A stretch of DNA of 64,000 nucleotides from NCBI GenBank assembly GCA_000165425.1, contig CT868661.1:1-64000 (forward strand), given 5' to 3'. A program made the position numbers and the translations under genes. The notes under the pieces are model-generated. The model was not told where the DNA came from. It did no database searches and was given only the letters and a program-made list of their open reading frames with translations. This DNA comes from Paramecium tetraurelia. Its lineage: Eukaryota. Below, one piece after another: positions 49,422 through 62,931 of the stretch (position 1 is the stretch's first letter; every line of letters starts with the position of its first letter).

Positions 49422-51622
49422 TCACGATTAATCAACCTAATTTTATTATTTTTTAACTATTTTAGAAATCATGCTTCCTTTATTAGCAGATTTAAATTAT
49501 GAAACAATTGCAGTTTCATTATTATTGTTCTACGAACTCAAAATTTATGAGTTTTAGATATCTAATTTTAATTTATAATTTTCCCTTTAAAAATAATAAA
49601 GATAATTACTGTTCAAGTTATTGAATTCTTGATAGTTTTGCTTACAAAGTTTAACTTGAAGTTAATTAATTGGATCTTCTTAAGGATTCCTCTTGTAAAT
49701 ATTTTTTGTTAATTTCTTGTAATTGTGAATGTAGTTTTTGATTCTCTTCATACACTCCAACCTCTTCGTAATTTAATTGATTCTTTAATTTATTAAATTA
49801 ATCAAGTAGATAATCATATTGTTCCTATAATTCAGTTACTTTCATCACTCTATTCTCAAGATCCTTTTGAAATTTTTTGTTTGATTTCATTAAATCGAGT
49901 AATTCATCATTATTCTTCATAAGTTGCAATTGATAATTTTTCACCTGATCTTTTAGATTAGAGATTTCAGATTCCTAATTATTAATTTGTTTTGTAAAAA
50001 CTAAGATTTAACTTTCATTGACCTTACTCAACTATTTAATTTCATTCTTATCTTCAAATGTCTTTTTCTTAAGTTCATCTATTTCCTTAAGCAAATCTGC
50101 TATATTTTAGCTTTGTATTTTTTCAGCATAGTGTTCATGTAATTATAATTGAGCATTTTGTGATTGAGATTTTTGAAATATCGCTAGATGTTTGGATAAT
50201 TATTGAATCATTTCATCCTTTGATTACAATTATTATTTAAGGTTTTCAATTTAAGAATTTAGATCATGGATTTCAATTTCTTTATTTTATTGAAACTACT
50301 CAATTTACTTCTGATAATTTAGATTATATTATTATAATCGATCTGATTCAAGTAAGGAATTTTTGAAATTCGTTTACATTTCTTAATAGTCCAAAGACCT
50401 CATATCCAATTCAGTTATGTATTATGAGATCTATTCTTTCAATAATTGATTTTCTTTGCGCAATGGTAGCATTTATTTTTCCAATTTAATAATTTTAACT
50501 TTGTTGTCATCCTTCTTTAATTGATCGATAATATAATTTCTTTCTTCTAGGTCCTTCATCAATTTTGTATTTAGGATTTCTAACTCTTTAATGGTGACTT
50601 CTTTATTTACTTTTGGTTAGGTCTTAATCATTTTAGCTCTCACTCCAAACCTAAGAGTACTGAGAGTTTCAGGTTCATTACTAATACATGGACTGCATGT
50701 AATAATCAGAGAAGTCATAGAGTTTTTGCTAAGTCCATTCCAAAGCAACTTAGTTAGATTAGATTCTCTGAAAGGTACATGTTACTATTTTTCTGATAAC
50801 CCATTAATTACATTAGACTAGTTGCATATAATTATTAAGATGTACTAGTGTTAGCAGACTCCTATTGATGAATGATCCCTCTTGCAATGCAATTCCAGTG
50901 GTTCCTGCTTTAGATGCATTTTCACTGCCTGCTAGATCAGCCATTATCAATTATCCTGTGTATGATGTCCCTTCAATTTCATTATTCATGGTGACTGTCT
51001 AATACAATTTTAATTATGCTTTACCATTTAAAATAAAAGATGGGATCTAGATGACATGTCATTAAGGTTAGTATAGCCAACTTATCGGTTGACTAAACTC
51101 TTTTGTAATGCATTATAAATTTCCTCTTTATCACTGACCCATAATTATGTCACAAACTAAATGTAGAATCCTTGATTAGCTATTTCTCTTTATTTTTAAA
51201 TCCCTATTTATTGATGTCCAATAAATCTTTAACTTTTTCTTTGTACACCTCCACCAATTGAGATTTTAATACGAAATTCACATTCTGTTGGAGAACTGTC
51301 TATTGCATCAAATAGATCATTGATGGTTCTTTTAATGATTCCTGGTTAGTGTTGATCCCCCAATCATAGTGTAAGTTTTACCAGACGATGTCTAGCCATA
51401 CATAAGCAGTGTGGCATTGAATCCTTAAAGAACTTAATCAATAATTGGCTTTCCGATTTCATCATATACCTCCTGTTAGGTTGTATTACTATCAAGAATC
51501 TTATCAAACGTAAACTTTTACTCACCTATCTGCAAAGTTTGTTCCCTAATAATGTAACTGATTAAAGATGTTTCTTTTTGATTTAATGGTCTAATTCTGC
51601 AGAACACTTTAATATTGCTCAT
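49422..51622 (-). CDS. Kinesin with N-terminal motor domain and coiled-coil stalk (kinesin-1-like)
   Basis: IKVFCRIRP, YGQTSSGKT, SSRSH, DLAGSE, HVPFRESNLTKLL, ETLSTLRFG. Confidence 0.95.
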
Positions 51623-51663
51623 TATTATTATATATATATTAGAATAATGTTAGATAACATAAA

Positions 51664-53129
51664 TCATTACCATTTAAAATATTCATGTAAAATCTTCTTA
51701 GTGGTTTCATCATTCTCCTAATGATATGGGTACTTGAGTTTAATAAGATTATCTAGCGATTACTATTTATTAAACTGAGTCTTGGATTTTGAGTTTTCAC
51801 TCTCTAATGTCTTTTGATTAATCGATATCTTTTGATCCGAAGCAATAAAATTCTAAGAAACCTCTTGTATTTTTGATAATTTTGATTGCATATAGTCTGC
51901 AGTAGTTGCTTATTCAGTTTCAAATTTGGTTTAAGGTTGTTTTTAATGGAGTTTGATTACAATTCTAAGTTTTAATATGCCTGTTGGTCGAAGTAGTTAA
52001 TGAATTGCGAAATATTTTAGTTTTGAGTTCAGGTCGAAGATTCTTAAAATCAAGAGATTTAAAGCTATAAATAATGTAGTGATAAATACTTATTGCTATG
52101 TTGATAGGGTATTTAATGATCAATACTTTTGGTTTCAATTAAGGCAGACTTATAATACTTGAGTTTTGTATTCTAAGAGTATTCATCAAAATTAGATTAA
52201 TCATTAATTAATTAGTCAGCTTTGAAAGTTCTTAAGGATCTTGATATATGGAGAGTAGTTCCAATTTAATCCTCTTTCACTGTAGGTATATACTCTGTCC
52301 TTTTGTGCTGTTTGATTAAAATGAATGAGTACTTCTTGTTCCTTGTATCGCTTTCTAGAAGGATCCCCTAAGACTTCGAACCCTTCAACAAACACATTGC
52401 TTTGATTTTTGTAATTTATTGGATGTTGCTCCCAAGATGATGGATCGAATCTTTTCTTATTGTATATATTAAAAGTATTGCTATCCATCCACTTTGATTT
52501 CTCATCTTATCTCCATGTAGGATTTATCAACATCATCAAGTCTTTTTTCTGTATATGAAACATATTACCACATAATCTACTTTCTAGGTTGCATTATCAA
52601 TCACTCCTTTCACTCTTTCAGTTTCCACCCTTTCTCCCTTACCAAATCTCATGGGATTCCCTTGTTTACTATGATCCTCCACTTTCAGCCATTTATAATG
52701 GTTCTTGTGAGGTTCATCCTTATTAAATTCTCCAGTTGCCAAATGTCCTTATCTAAAGTCTAGCATTGTTTGTCTAGCTCTATCCTTTCCTGATAATTAA
52801 CTCTTATACTATGCGCATTTACCTTTTCAATATTATATTGCCATCTAACTCCTTTTCTTTATAACGATCTCTGAACGAATGCTTTGTGATTGGCAATATT
52901 GGGTAGCTGCCCTCTTTTAATGTTTCCCTTAATTTGTTTAGTTTATTTTCTTCAAACATTTCTACCCTATTCGCTTATCTGGCTTTGAATTAAACTGACT
53001 TAATTTTTCTGATTTCCTCCAATTTCTTTTCTCTCTATTCCCTATGATTATAATTATCTATTACCTATTTAATTATTATTCCTTTTGTCTTTCAATTTGC
53101 TTTTGCTTGAATATGTTATTCAAAGACAT
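51664..53129 (-). CDS. Hypothetical coiled-coil protein; exon structure or a frameshift near 51940 unresolved
   Basis: Coding-like frame from ATG 53129 with tiny introns; the terminal exon ends ...ILHEYFKWQ* at 51664. Confidence 0.55.
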
Positions 53130-54130
53130 TATTATTTTTATTACTAATATTTAATACTTCTTATAATTTTTTATGATAAATTACTATTTCAACTTTATTT
53201 CAAACAATATGATTTAATTATTGGGTGTTTGGATGCTCTCCAAATAAAATATATAAATTTATCAATCATATATTGCATCAATTTCTAATGAGAAATTAAT
53301 TGAGTTCAGAAATAATTATTTAAAAGCATTCTATCTATAAATTCTTAAGGAATTACAAAAGATGTTCAAATTTTAAAAAGTAATGGAAGCCAGCATAATA
53401 TTAAATAACACTAAGTATATTATGAATGTCCTCAAGAATATTATTAAACTAGATGTAAAAAAAATATATTCCAAAATAAATTTGTAGAAATTACAATTGT
53501 TTCAAAGATATAGAAAGGAGAGAAAATGATGTGCATTAAAAATTTTAATTTGCATGATCACTATAGATTGCAAAATGATCAAATTAATTATTTATTATAA
53601 GAAACTGAAAGTTTGGTTTTTAAACAATAAAATTTTAATATATTATAATAAATGTTACTTCTCTAATTGGAGCTAGTCTTGTGAGATGCAATTCGAGTGG
53701 ATTATATAATATAAATATAAGTGGAATGAATTTTATGGTGATTTTTATATTTGATTTTAAATTAAAACATTTATAAATAGATACGTTACAATGATCATCA
53801 GGATTCAGTAAATTCTGTTTCTTTTTCTCCTTAAAATAATTCATTAGCTTTACGTTGTGAAAAATTTTATTTTGAAAAGTTCCAAGAAAATGATATGTGG
53901 CCATGTAAATTTTAATCAGTATTATGACTACTGAAAATAATGTTGATTTAGTTTTAAATTCTAGAATTTTTGTAAGAATAATTAGATCCCAAAGAAAAAT
54001 AGCTTATCGCGAATGACTACATTACGTAATTCTTTGGAATAAGCAATCTATGGAGGATACTGTGGATTAATGACTGACTATAAAGCAAAAATATGATGAT
54101 TTTGATATTATTATTATTATTTATTCTCCA

Positions 54131-55538
54131 ATGAGGACTTCTGCATTCTCCTTTATAGGAGTTCGTAAACATTTTTTGAAGGAAGTGTTCTATAACATAT
54201 AACTGTACCAAGACTCTATAGAGATGACTGAAATTGTAGGCATCATTTTATATTAAGAAATCTAAATCACCAAAATACATTCTGCCATTGAAGTTATCCA
54301 CTGTTATATAGATACTGGGTTAGGTAAGCAAAAATAATAGGAATTTCAGCGGATTCCAGTTCAATTACAAAGACTCAACTAAATTAATGAATTGTAGATC
54401 ATCTGATATTGCTACGTAAGGATACATTTTATTCTTAGTTTTATGGACAAAGTGAGCAATTAAATAACATTTCTAAATATCACTTTGTTTTATTAGGCAA
54501 TAGAGATTATAGGAAGAGGCAGCTCTTCAAGTGTTTCTGTTTTGATCGATACTTTTTCGTCAGAAAAATTTGCTGTCAAAAGCATCAATAAGGATTACCT
54601 TTTAAAGAACGACAAATTGAAGGTAAGAATCAATTATATTGTAGATATTATTTCAAAATGAGGTGTAGATTTTATAAGAATTGACCAATTACAATCAACA
54701 AAATTATTTTGTGCATTTATACAGAGTATTTGAAAGCTAATCATCCTACTACTTGATATTGAATCTCATGAAAGGCAAGTCATTAATGGCCTTCTACAAT
54801 AAAATCAAAGTTAGTAATAAAGACAAATTATTTGAAATTAGAAATAATCAGACTTTAAATACTTTCCTCCAGAAGTTATTAGATAAATCATGAAGAGACT
54901 CCTTTCAGGCGTTTCCCTTTTACATTATCATCAAGTATTCACTTCATATAACTCAGATAATGCACAGGGATCTAAAGCCTGAGAATCTCCTGCTTCTGGA
55001 ACCAAATAAAGTCGAAACCCTAACAATTGCAGACTTTGGATTAGCAACCTACACTAACGTAGAAAAGTAATCAATTCTTAATTGTTCTATAGGTATTCCT
55101 ATCCCATATGTGGAACTCAAGGCTATATGGCACCTGAAATCACTAATTACAAAGATGGATAAAACAAATATAATGAATAAATTGACATCTATAGCATTGG
55201 TGTTATATTCAATTGGCTGTAATTCTGTAATAATCTTAGACTAATCGGTGACATTGATAATAATAACCCAAAATTAAAGAAGTTGGATTCCATCACATTG
55301 AATTTACTGAATAATCTCTTAAGAAGAAATCCCAACGAAAGATTGTCTGCATAAGCTGCACTTCATCACCCATATTTTCAGAGCGATGAAACTACGAAGA
55401 GGACATTTCAATCGGAGTAAGGATTTGTAACTCCATATTTTATCCTAGGAAAATGTTGATTGCGAGACTATTGTACAACATGAAGGCTTGAAAACCTATT
55501 AATTGCCACTCATGAAGAAACCTCAAGGTTAGACATGA
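54131..55538 (+). CDS. Ser/Thr protein kinase with PH-like N-terminus (CAMK-like)
   Basis: IGRGSSSSV, FAVK, HRDLKPEN, ADFGLA, CGTQGYMAPE, DIYSIGV; many tiny introns. Confidence 0.9.
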
Positions 55539-55640
55539 TTATTCTTTCTCAATGTAACTATACCAATCTCTATATATAATTGCTATTAATTATCAATTAC
55601 TCATTTAAAAATTGTCCCCAATTATTAAAATATAATATTA

Positions 55641-56655
55641 ATGCTCAAAAAATATCTCTCGTCTTGTTCATCTAGTGAGCAGATTCAGTCGAAGCCGACA
55701 TTAACTAAAATAAGTATTGACATTTCCATAAAAACTTAGATCTAACTCAAAGAACGATCGATTATGGTACTCCTAAAACTTAACTAAATCTAGGATCAAT
55801 TGAAAATAGTCCTTCAAATATGTAATACCCCACTTCAGAGCCGAACGTTTCAAGTAAACCTTCCGAACAATATTTACTCAGTAATTTAGTAAATTCAACC
55901 TAGAAAAAGATAATTCTCCTGCTATCAGTGGTTCCCCAAAATAAGACTTTGATCTACTTATTACACAGAGAGATTAAACCCTTAAATTTAGGTCGGCTTC
56001 TCAAAACTAAAAAAAGCTTTAATTGAAGCGTTAAAGTAGTGAAAAATAATGTTCATCCAACGAAAAGATCAGAGTCTTTGATGTGTTCAATTAAAGTCCA
56101 AGGTTAAATAAATAACCCCCCACTTCTAACACCTACATTACCACGAAGGAAAACCTTAAGGTTCAACTTCAATAGCAGAAACATAATCTACAAAATCAGT
56201 CAAAAATAGCAACAAATAATGTAAATTATCAACCACAGAATAACGCATAACAAAGACAATCCTGTAAACCTCCAATATCCAGTAGACTCAATGAGTCAAA
56301 GGAGATCCTCTAATAAATGAGGAAGAATTCATTAAATAATAAAAAGCACTCTCACTTTAAAGGTGAAGGAGGTACTCAAAAAAACCAACTCTTCTTTCAT
56401 TCTCCAAAATATAATGAATCTGCTGCTTTCAGTTCTTCAGGGAAAAGTTAGCTCTAAGACGCATAAACTAATCTCAAATATGACAAGGATAATACGAAAA
56501 ACGAAAATATTCTTGAATTATTGCTACTTTCAACTTAAGAACTTAACAACAAGTTCAAAAATAAACCATTAGAAAGGAATGAATCAGAAGAGAAAATACC
56601 GATGAAAATCAGAGTCAGAGCAGGAAGTAGATTCCCAAAAGACTTCTTTGAATGA
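55641..56655 (+). CDS. Hypothetical low-complexity protein
   Basis: ATG 55641, 5' intron, ends ...RAGSRFPKDFFE*. Confidence 0.65.
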
Positions 56656-56678
56656 ATCATAACTATGTAAATTATCAA

Positions 56679-58163
56679 TCACAATTCAGCCTTTTTTTCA
56701 TCACATCCTTTATTTTGTCAACCCATAATTAAGCAGGATGTTCGCATTCCTAACCTTAAGCAATACTCTTACTTTAAAATAATACTTCTTTTTGCTAGGT
56801 ACATCAATATTAAATTATCCTTTCAATACTTCTATTGTTACAGATTTGTCCAAAATGATCTAACCCTTTCGTATAGCTATAACAGATTCTTTTTACCTTT
56901 TTTAATCCAGTATTAGGATCGAAATACTCTAATTTAGGAATTTCAAAATCGTACAAAATCATATTTCTTAATTTATAAATCATCCACCCTTAATTTATAA
57001 TCATAAACTCCAACCTGTTTTCTTATTAACTAATCCAGTTATTACTACTTCTGGTTTCAAAGTGGCACTTTGCTTTTTTTGAGTATATTCCTAAGTTGTA
57101 ATCTTTTTCAAATGGATTTAAACATCTTCAGGCCCTTTTTGATTCCATAACTGCTACCAATTGATATCCTTAAAGAATGGATGACTCTTCAGTTCCCGAT
57201 ATGTGTTGTGAGAATCTAAAATCTTAATTAAACATTACTGGGCAATCCTCCGCCTAATCGACTTAAAGGATCTCTAACTAATAATTTACTTATCAAATCC
57301 AGTCCATCCTAAGAGATTTTATTACTTTTTTGGTACTGACAAGATCTGACCTTCTAAAATACTAAGTATTCTGTCTAATCACAAAAAGGAGTCGTCCCTG
57401 TGAACATTTTATAAATTATGCATCCCAAAGCCCATAAATCTGCTTACGGTCCACAAATATCATCTTCCAAAAGTTCCGGCGATACATACTCTGCAGTTCC
57501 TACAAAGGTTGCTTTATGTTTCTATTAATATTAGTCTATTTCATCTAAACATCTTTCATCCTGTTTACTAATCTCTCTTAACTCATTCAATTTATCTCGC
57601 ACATTATCTGGCAGGTTTTGCTCGTCGAAGAAATTAGCTGTTCCAAAATCTATCATTTTTATATGTAAGTTATTTGCCACCATTATGTTTTCTGGCTTTA
57701 AATCACTATAATTCATTACTTTCACATCTCTATGCGCAATCCCATTAGAATGCAATTATTCCAATACTGTCACTATCTCTGCAGTATAAAATACTATAGT
57801 CTGATAAGACATGTTTCCTAAAATCACTATTTGCTATTACTATTAATTTTTAGGAAATTTGCAAAATCCCCCCCTTCCATAAATTCTAGCACTAAATATA
57901 TTTATGCTGAACTTTGGAAACTAGCTATCATATTTATCAAACCCGGATGTTTAACCCTTGATAATACTTCTTTTTCTATAAAAACTTAATATTGTTTTTT
58001 TTCCTAATTTATTGTTGCCTATTAAAACCTTTATCAACAATCTCTTCTCCATTGCTTTTATAGCTACTAATTGCCCGTTAGCCTTGCATTTTGCTAACAT
58101 TACATCTCCGTAAGAACCAGCTCCTAATTTTTCTAAAATTTCATAATCATTTAGACTATTCAT
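56679..58163 (-). CDS. PDPK1: PDK1-like (3-phosphoinositide-dependent) kinase with C-terminal PH domain
   Basis: LGAGSYG, IDFGTA, ATFVGTAEYVSPELL, DLWALGCIIY; PH-like LEYFDPNTGLKKG...WVDKI. Confidence 0.88.
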
Positions 58164-59554
58164 TTTTATAAAAAAATTAATTAACACATAATGCTATCTT
58201 CATCTAAATCAATAAGGCAGATAATAATTTATTTATTTGAATGTCAAAAATTCATTTAATTCATTTATGGGGTATTATTCTAATATTAATAAATTTGTTT
58301 AGTTTAAGCAGGCTAATATTAAACTTCAACAGTTTCAAAAAGTAATAATTTGAGAATATCTTATCAATTATACGTTTCCTTTGAATTTTAAACGACACCT
58401 TTTAAGGTTGAAAATATTTCAAATTGATTTCATTACTTTCCAAATGGTTTTATTTAATTTCGCAGTAAAATTTATTTTGTTTCTTCTTATAATTAGCTAT
58501 AAGTTTATCTGCAAATTGAAAAATAAATATAAGCAATTTATTTCAGAACAGGGAATCGCAATTCATAAATTAGCTCAAAGTTTAGGTATAATTTACTAGA
58601 ATGAATAGGGTAAACAGTAATTTAAACCATTTGTAAAAAAACAATCTCATTTAGAAAAATGCAAACAAAAGTAGGCAAACGTTAAAAAACTAATATAATG
58701 TAATTTTGAATTATTTTATTATAAAAAAAAATTATTGTATTTTCTACTTTATCCTATTATATATTTATAAATTTAATATAATAATTATTTATTAGAGTGA
58801 GGTTTTTTCATATACATCCATTGTTTAATATAAGGTGTCATTTAGATTATCCTATTAATCTATCAAGTGGTTTTATTTAAGAATTTCTTTTTTATATTTC
58901 ATCTTAAAATAACGAAAAAATACATCTTCTATGAAACTTCAGAGTTCTTTCAAGAAAAAATACCCCTTTTTCAAAACTGAGTTTTGTAGATAATTTTTGG
59001 TTCCTTTCATTATTTATTTCTAACTGTAACTAAAATTATTTCGTTATTTTTAGAGATAACCATCAACAAATCTGTTTCTTTTTCAAAATTAGATTTCAAT
59101 TTTCTTCCTATTATCATATCAAATTCTAAAATTATATTAAAAATTTAATAAGTTATTTTGATTCTATTAAAAAAATTTAATAGGAATAGGAATATCAAAT
59201 AATAAATCCAATAGGAATTCTGTATCAAACCTAATGGAATATTGAATATTCAGATGATCCTTCTAAATTTTAAATAAACCGATTTTTTCATTGTTTCATC
59301 TTTAAAACAATCTAAGAGGAGCCCTTTTATATCATATATAATTGATCTTCTAAATTAAATCTAAAAACCGTTTCTTATGAGGAACTAATAAAAACTATTT
59401 CTGAATGGTAGCTTAAATAGAGAATTAGAATAGATATGGTATTTATTCAAGGTAAAGTAATTATAAAAATGAATGCCATAATAGATGATCTTCAAATATC
59501 CTAAATATATACACTTATAAATATTTTCTAAATTGATTAATAATCTTAATATTT

Positions 59555-62500
59555 ATGTAATCAAACTAACTTGATGGAACTAAATTTAGGCTATCGCAAC
59601 CTGAATCTTTAAATAACAAGGTATATTTGAATGAAAATAAAAAGAACTTGAAGCTTCAAGGGTGGTTAAAAAAGAAAAGCCCAGCAATTTTAAAAGGATG
59701 GCAGAAAAGGTAAAAATAATTACAAAATTAGATTTTTTATGTTGATAGAAAACGAAGGATATAAGTTAGTGTATTTCGATGACGATGTAAGAGATCATTT
59801 TTATAAATTATTAGAAAACTAATTCGAAGCCAAAAGGTGCTTTTGAAATATCAAATAAAATTGATATAGAATAAGCAGGAGAGGAAGAGTTTACAATTAT
59901 ATTTCCAGGTAGAAATTTAGAATTGAAAGCAAAAAGCGGAGATGAAAGAAAGAAATGGGTAGAAACAATTGAATTTTGTAAAAGCATTGGGAAGAACTCA
60001 TAGAGAAAGTATTTGAGCGTTGATTTGATTGAAAATGACATTTCAAAATCAAAAGGTGAGCTATTTAGTTTATCACCTTAGGTTCTACTCATAAGAAAGT
60101 GGACTTATAAACAACTCAAATAGTTTAAATAGAGAAAGAGAAAATTGAGAATTAAAAGTTCCAAGGTCATAGGGACATCCAAAAAAAGTCAATAATTCTA
60201 CCCTCTTAGTTTGAGGATAGTCAGATTTTGGAAGTTCTTGGACTACAGTAATTAAATTAGAATTCGATGTTGAAATCTAGAACGATATTTGGGACTCTGA
60301 GTAAGAGAAGTAAAACAAAAATGAAGAACTACAAGCTAAAATGGTTTATCCTTATCTCAGCTAAACCACTTGTAAGATATATTATTAAATATGTTTAAGT
60401 TTCCAGAGATTTAAGATGATGAGGAGATTTTATAATAATAAGATATCACTCTCGAATTAGATACACTTGTTTACATTAATTAAAAAATGAATGACAAATT
60501 GATCAAAAGAAATGTTTACATTAAGCTTCAGAATTGTAAGGAAATAATTATTAAAAATATGCAAAAGTCTTCTGATCATGGATTTATATTTAAATTGAAT
60601 ATGGGAGATAAAATTTATAGTTTAATGGCAAATACTGAAAATGATAGAATGAAATGGTAGCAAGCATTAAATTAATCAATGAATACTTGTAAGGAAATAA
60701 ATAACAAATTGAATCTTAATATTTTAAAGAATATCAATCCAGTCATAAGGATATACGATATGGAATCAAGCTTACCAATTAGGAGACAAAAAATTAAAGA
60801 GAAACTTTAGAATGATATATAAAGAATAGAGTTAGAGCAGAGTATAAATGATTAGAACAGGTACTTAAATCTTTAAGATTTGCTTTGCTGTTTGATGATA
60901 ATAAGTTAAGATATGATAAAGTCAATTGAGGCATGTTTAGTAAAGGATCCGCAAAGATAAGATATAATTCAAGAATACATCGAGATACATCATGAGAAAA
61001 TATGTTTAAATATCAGTGAATATTGGAATATCAATAACAAATATCTCAGTCTTAATGAGATAAAGGAATTAGCTTCTTGGCTCTCCGATTACTAATAAAT
61101 CATCATCAATTATATTAAGGATGATCGTATTAAATAAGGAATCAATACATTGTTATAGATATACATAAACAGATGGAAAATTTAGTCAGAAAAGAAAATC
61201 ATTGCATAATTCGAATAGAGTTAAACAATTTAGGCAAAAAACACAACAAAAACTGCTTGTGTTTTGGAATTATTTGATATAGTTTAGGAAATAGAGATGC
61301 TAATCACCCAAAAGTTAAAACCATATCTTAAGAATAAAGAGTTACTTAAGGTTATTAAGAGTATTTTGTGGCATTATTTGGAGTAATTATATGATTCAGT
61401 TGAGGAACAACCTGAAAATTTGGAGTTTTTGATTGGAGTTTGTAATGATGTTGAGATTGTTAGGGAAATAGCTAATAGAATAGAGTCGATTGCTGAAATG
61501 CTGTAAGAGAATAAGAAATAAGAAAAGACTAAATAAAAAATAATGCAGAAATATAATGAAGTCTTAGAAATTGTGGAGTAATAGATTTATAATATATCAT
61601 CAAATGAGTTGACTTAATAATTCTAAGTATCTCTTCTTGATTTAGAAATCAGGTCAGGAGTTCTCGAAGTATTTGAAGAGAATGTATAATTGATTAAATT
61701 AACTGAATAAACTTAGTAATCTCTATTAGATAAATTGATTTCAACATTTAATTATCACTATTTCAATATATTTTTGAATGAATTGGATAAGATAAATAGC
61801 TACAAGCGAAAGTAAATAGAGTCAAAAATTAAGTAAGACAAGTAAGTTGTAAGTGAATTTCTTAAATAATATCATTGTTCTAATATAAAAATGGATAACT
61901 TTGATTTAATGATCCAACTCTTAAATTGTGAGAAGGATTCAGAATATGTTCAAGCCTTTAGAGGGTTGAAATACTAATTTGGGAGATGTTTCACTGTAAA
62001 TACTGTGAAGGTGATTATTGGTCATTTGAGAGTAAGGAAATCAGAAGTGAACTAGAGTAGTCTAGAACAATTCGACTAGTTAATTAGGAGCATTGATGAT
62101 GAATAAGACAATGGTGAGTCAACTCAAGATCTGAAAAGTCAATTAATGGAGTTTGGATAAAATCAATTGGAGCCTCTAGTTTTACAGAAGTAGGATTCCA
62201 ACTCAAGTCGCACTTCAAGAACTAGTATGAGTAAGAGCAAAGTGAACATCGAGGAATTAATTTCTAAATCATAGGCTTAATCAGTTTAATTTGATAATAC
62301 TAGCATTACAGAAGGGTATGTGTATAAGAAGAAGGCCAAACAATAGAAATTAGTAACAAAGTGGGATCACAGATATGTTAGAATCAGGAAAGGATATATA
62401 TATTGGTATGTGGATGAGAAATCCTGGAAATGCTAGAATAAGCTGAATGTGTAGGACATATTAGAGGTTGAGGGGAAATAGAATAAGTAGAATAAGTTTA

Positions 62501-62877
62501 TATTGAAGATGAGAGGTGGCAAGATCTATGAATTCAAGGTGGATACAGTGGAGGAAAGGAATATGTGGATGAATGGAATAACTAATGAGAAGAGATAATA
62601 GGAAGATGTTGTAAACAGCAAGATTGAGGCTTAGTAAGTGTAGACAAGCTAATTAAATATTCTGATTAAAAATTATGATGAAGAAATAATTACTAACAAA
62701 ACTACTAATAATAATATTAATAATAATAACAAATTTAACAATTAATAAAGAAAAACAACATTAATAATCCAATAAAAAGAATACCCTTTAGAATTAGGAT
62801 AAACAACTTTAAAGATTAAGAGAACAACTAGTTGCTGGACGTCGTTTATGGTTTGTTTAGGATTAAGCAAGGGTTGA
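59555..62877 (+). CDS. PH-PH-Sec6(EXOC3-like)-PH multidomain protein
   Basis: PH1 LQGWLKKKSPAILKGWQKR...ERKKWVETI; PH2 ...FIFKLNMGDKIYSLMANTENDRMKWQQAL; Sec6-like helical region; PH3 EGYVYKKK...KWDHRYVRI...EERNMWMNGI. Confidence 0.8.
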
Positions 62878-62931
62878 TTATATAATAACAAATTGTAAAT
62901 TATAATTGAATTATAATATAAATTAATATAA

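Noticed and set aside
53200..54100. Possible gene upstream of the kinase
   Set aside because: Frames broken by TGA; probably a decayed remnant with no identifiable product.
58200..59500. Possible gene between the PDK1-like and PH-Sec6 genes
   Set aside because: Only short interrupted frames; cannot support a call.
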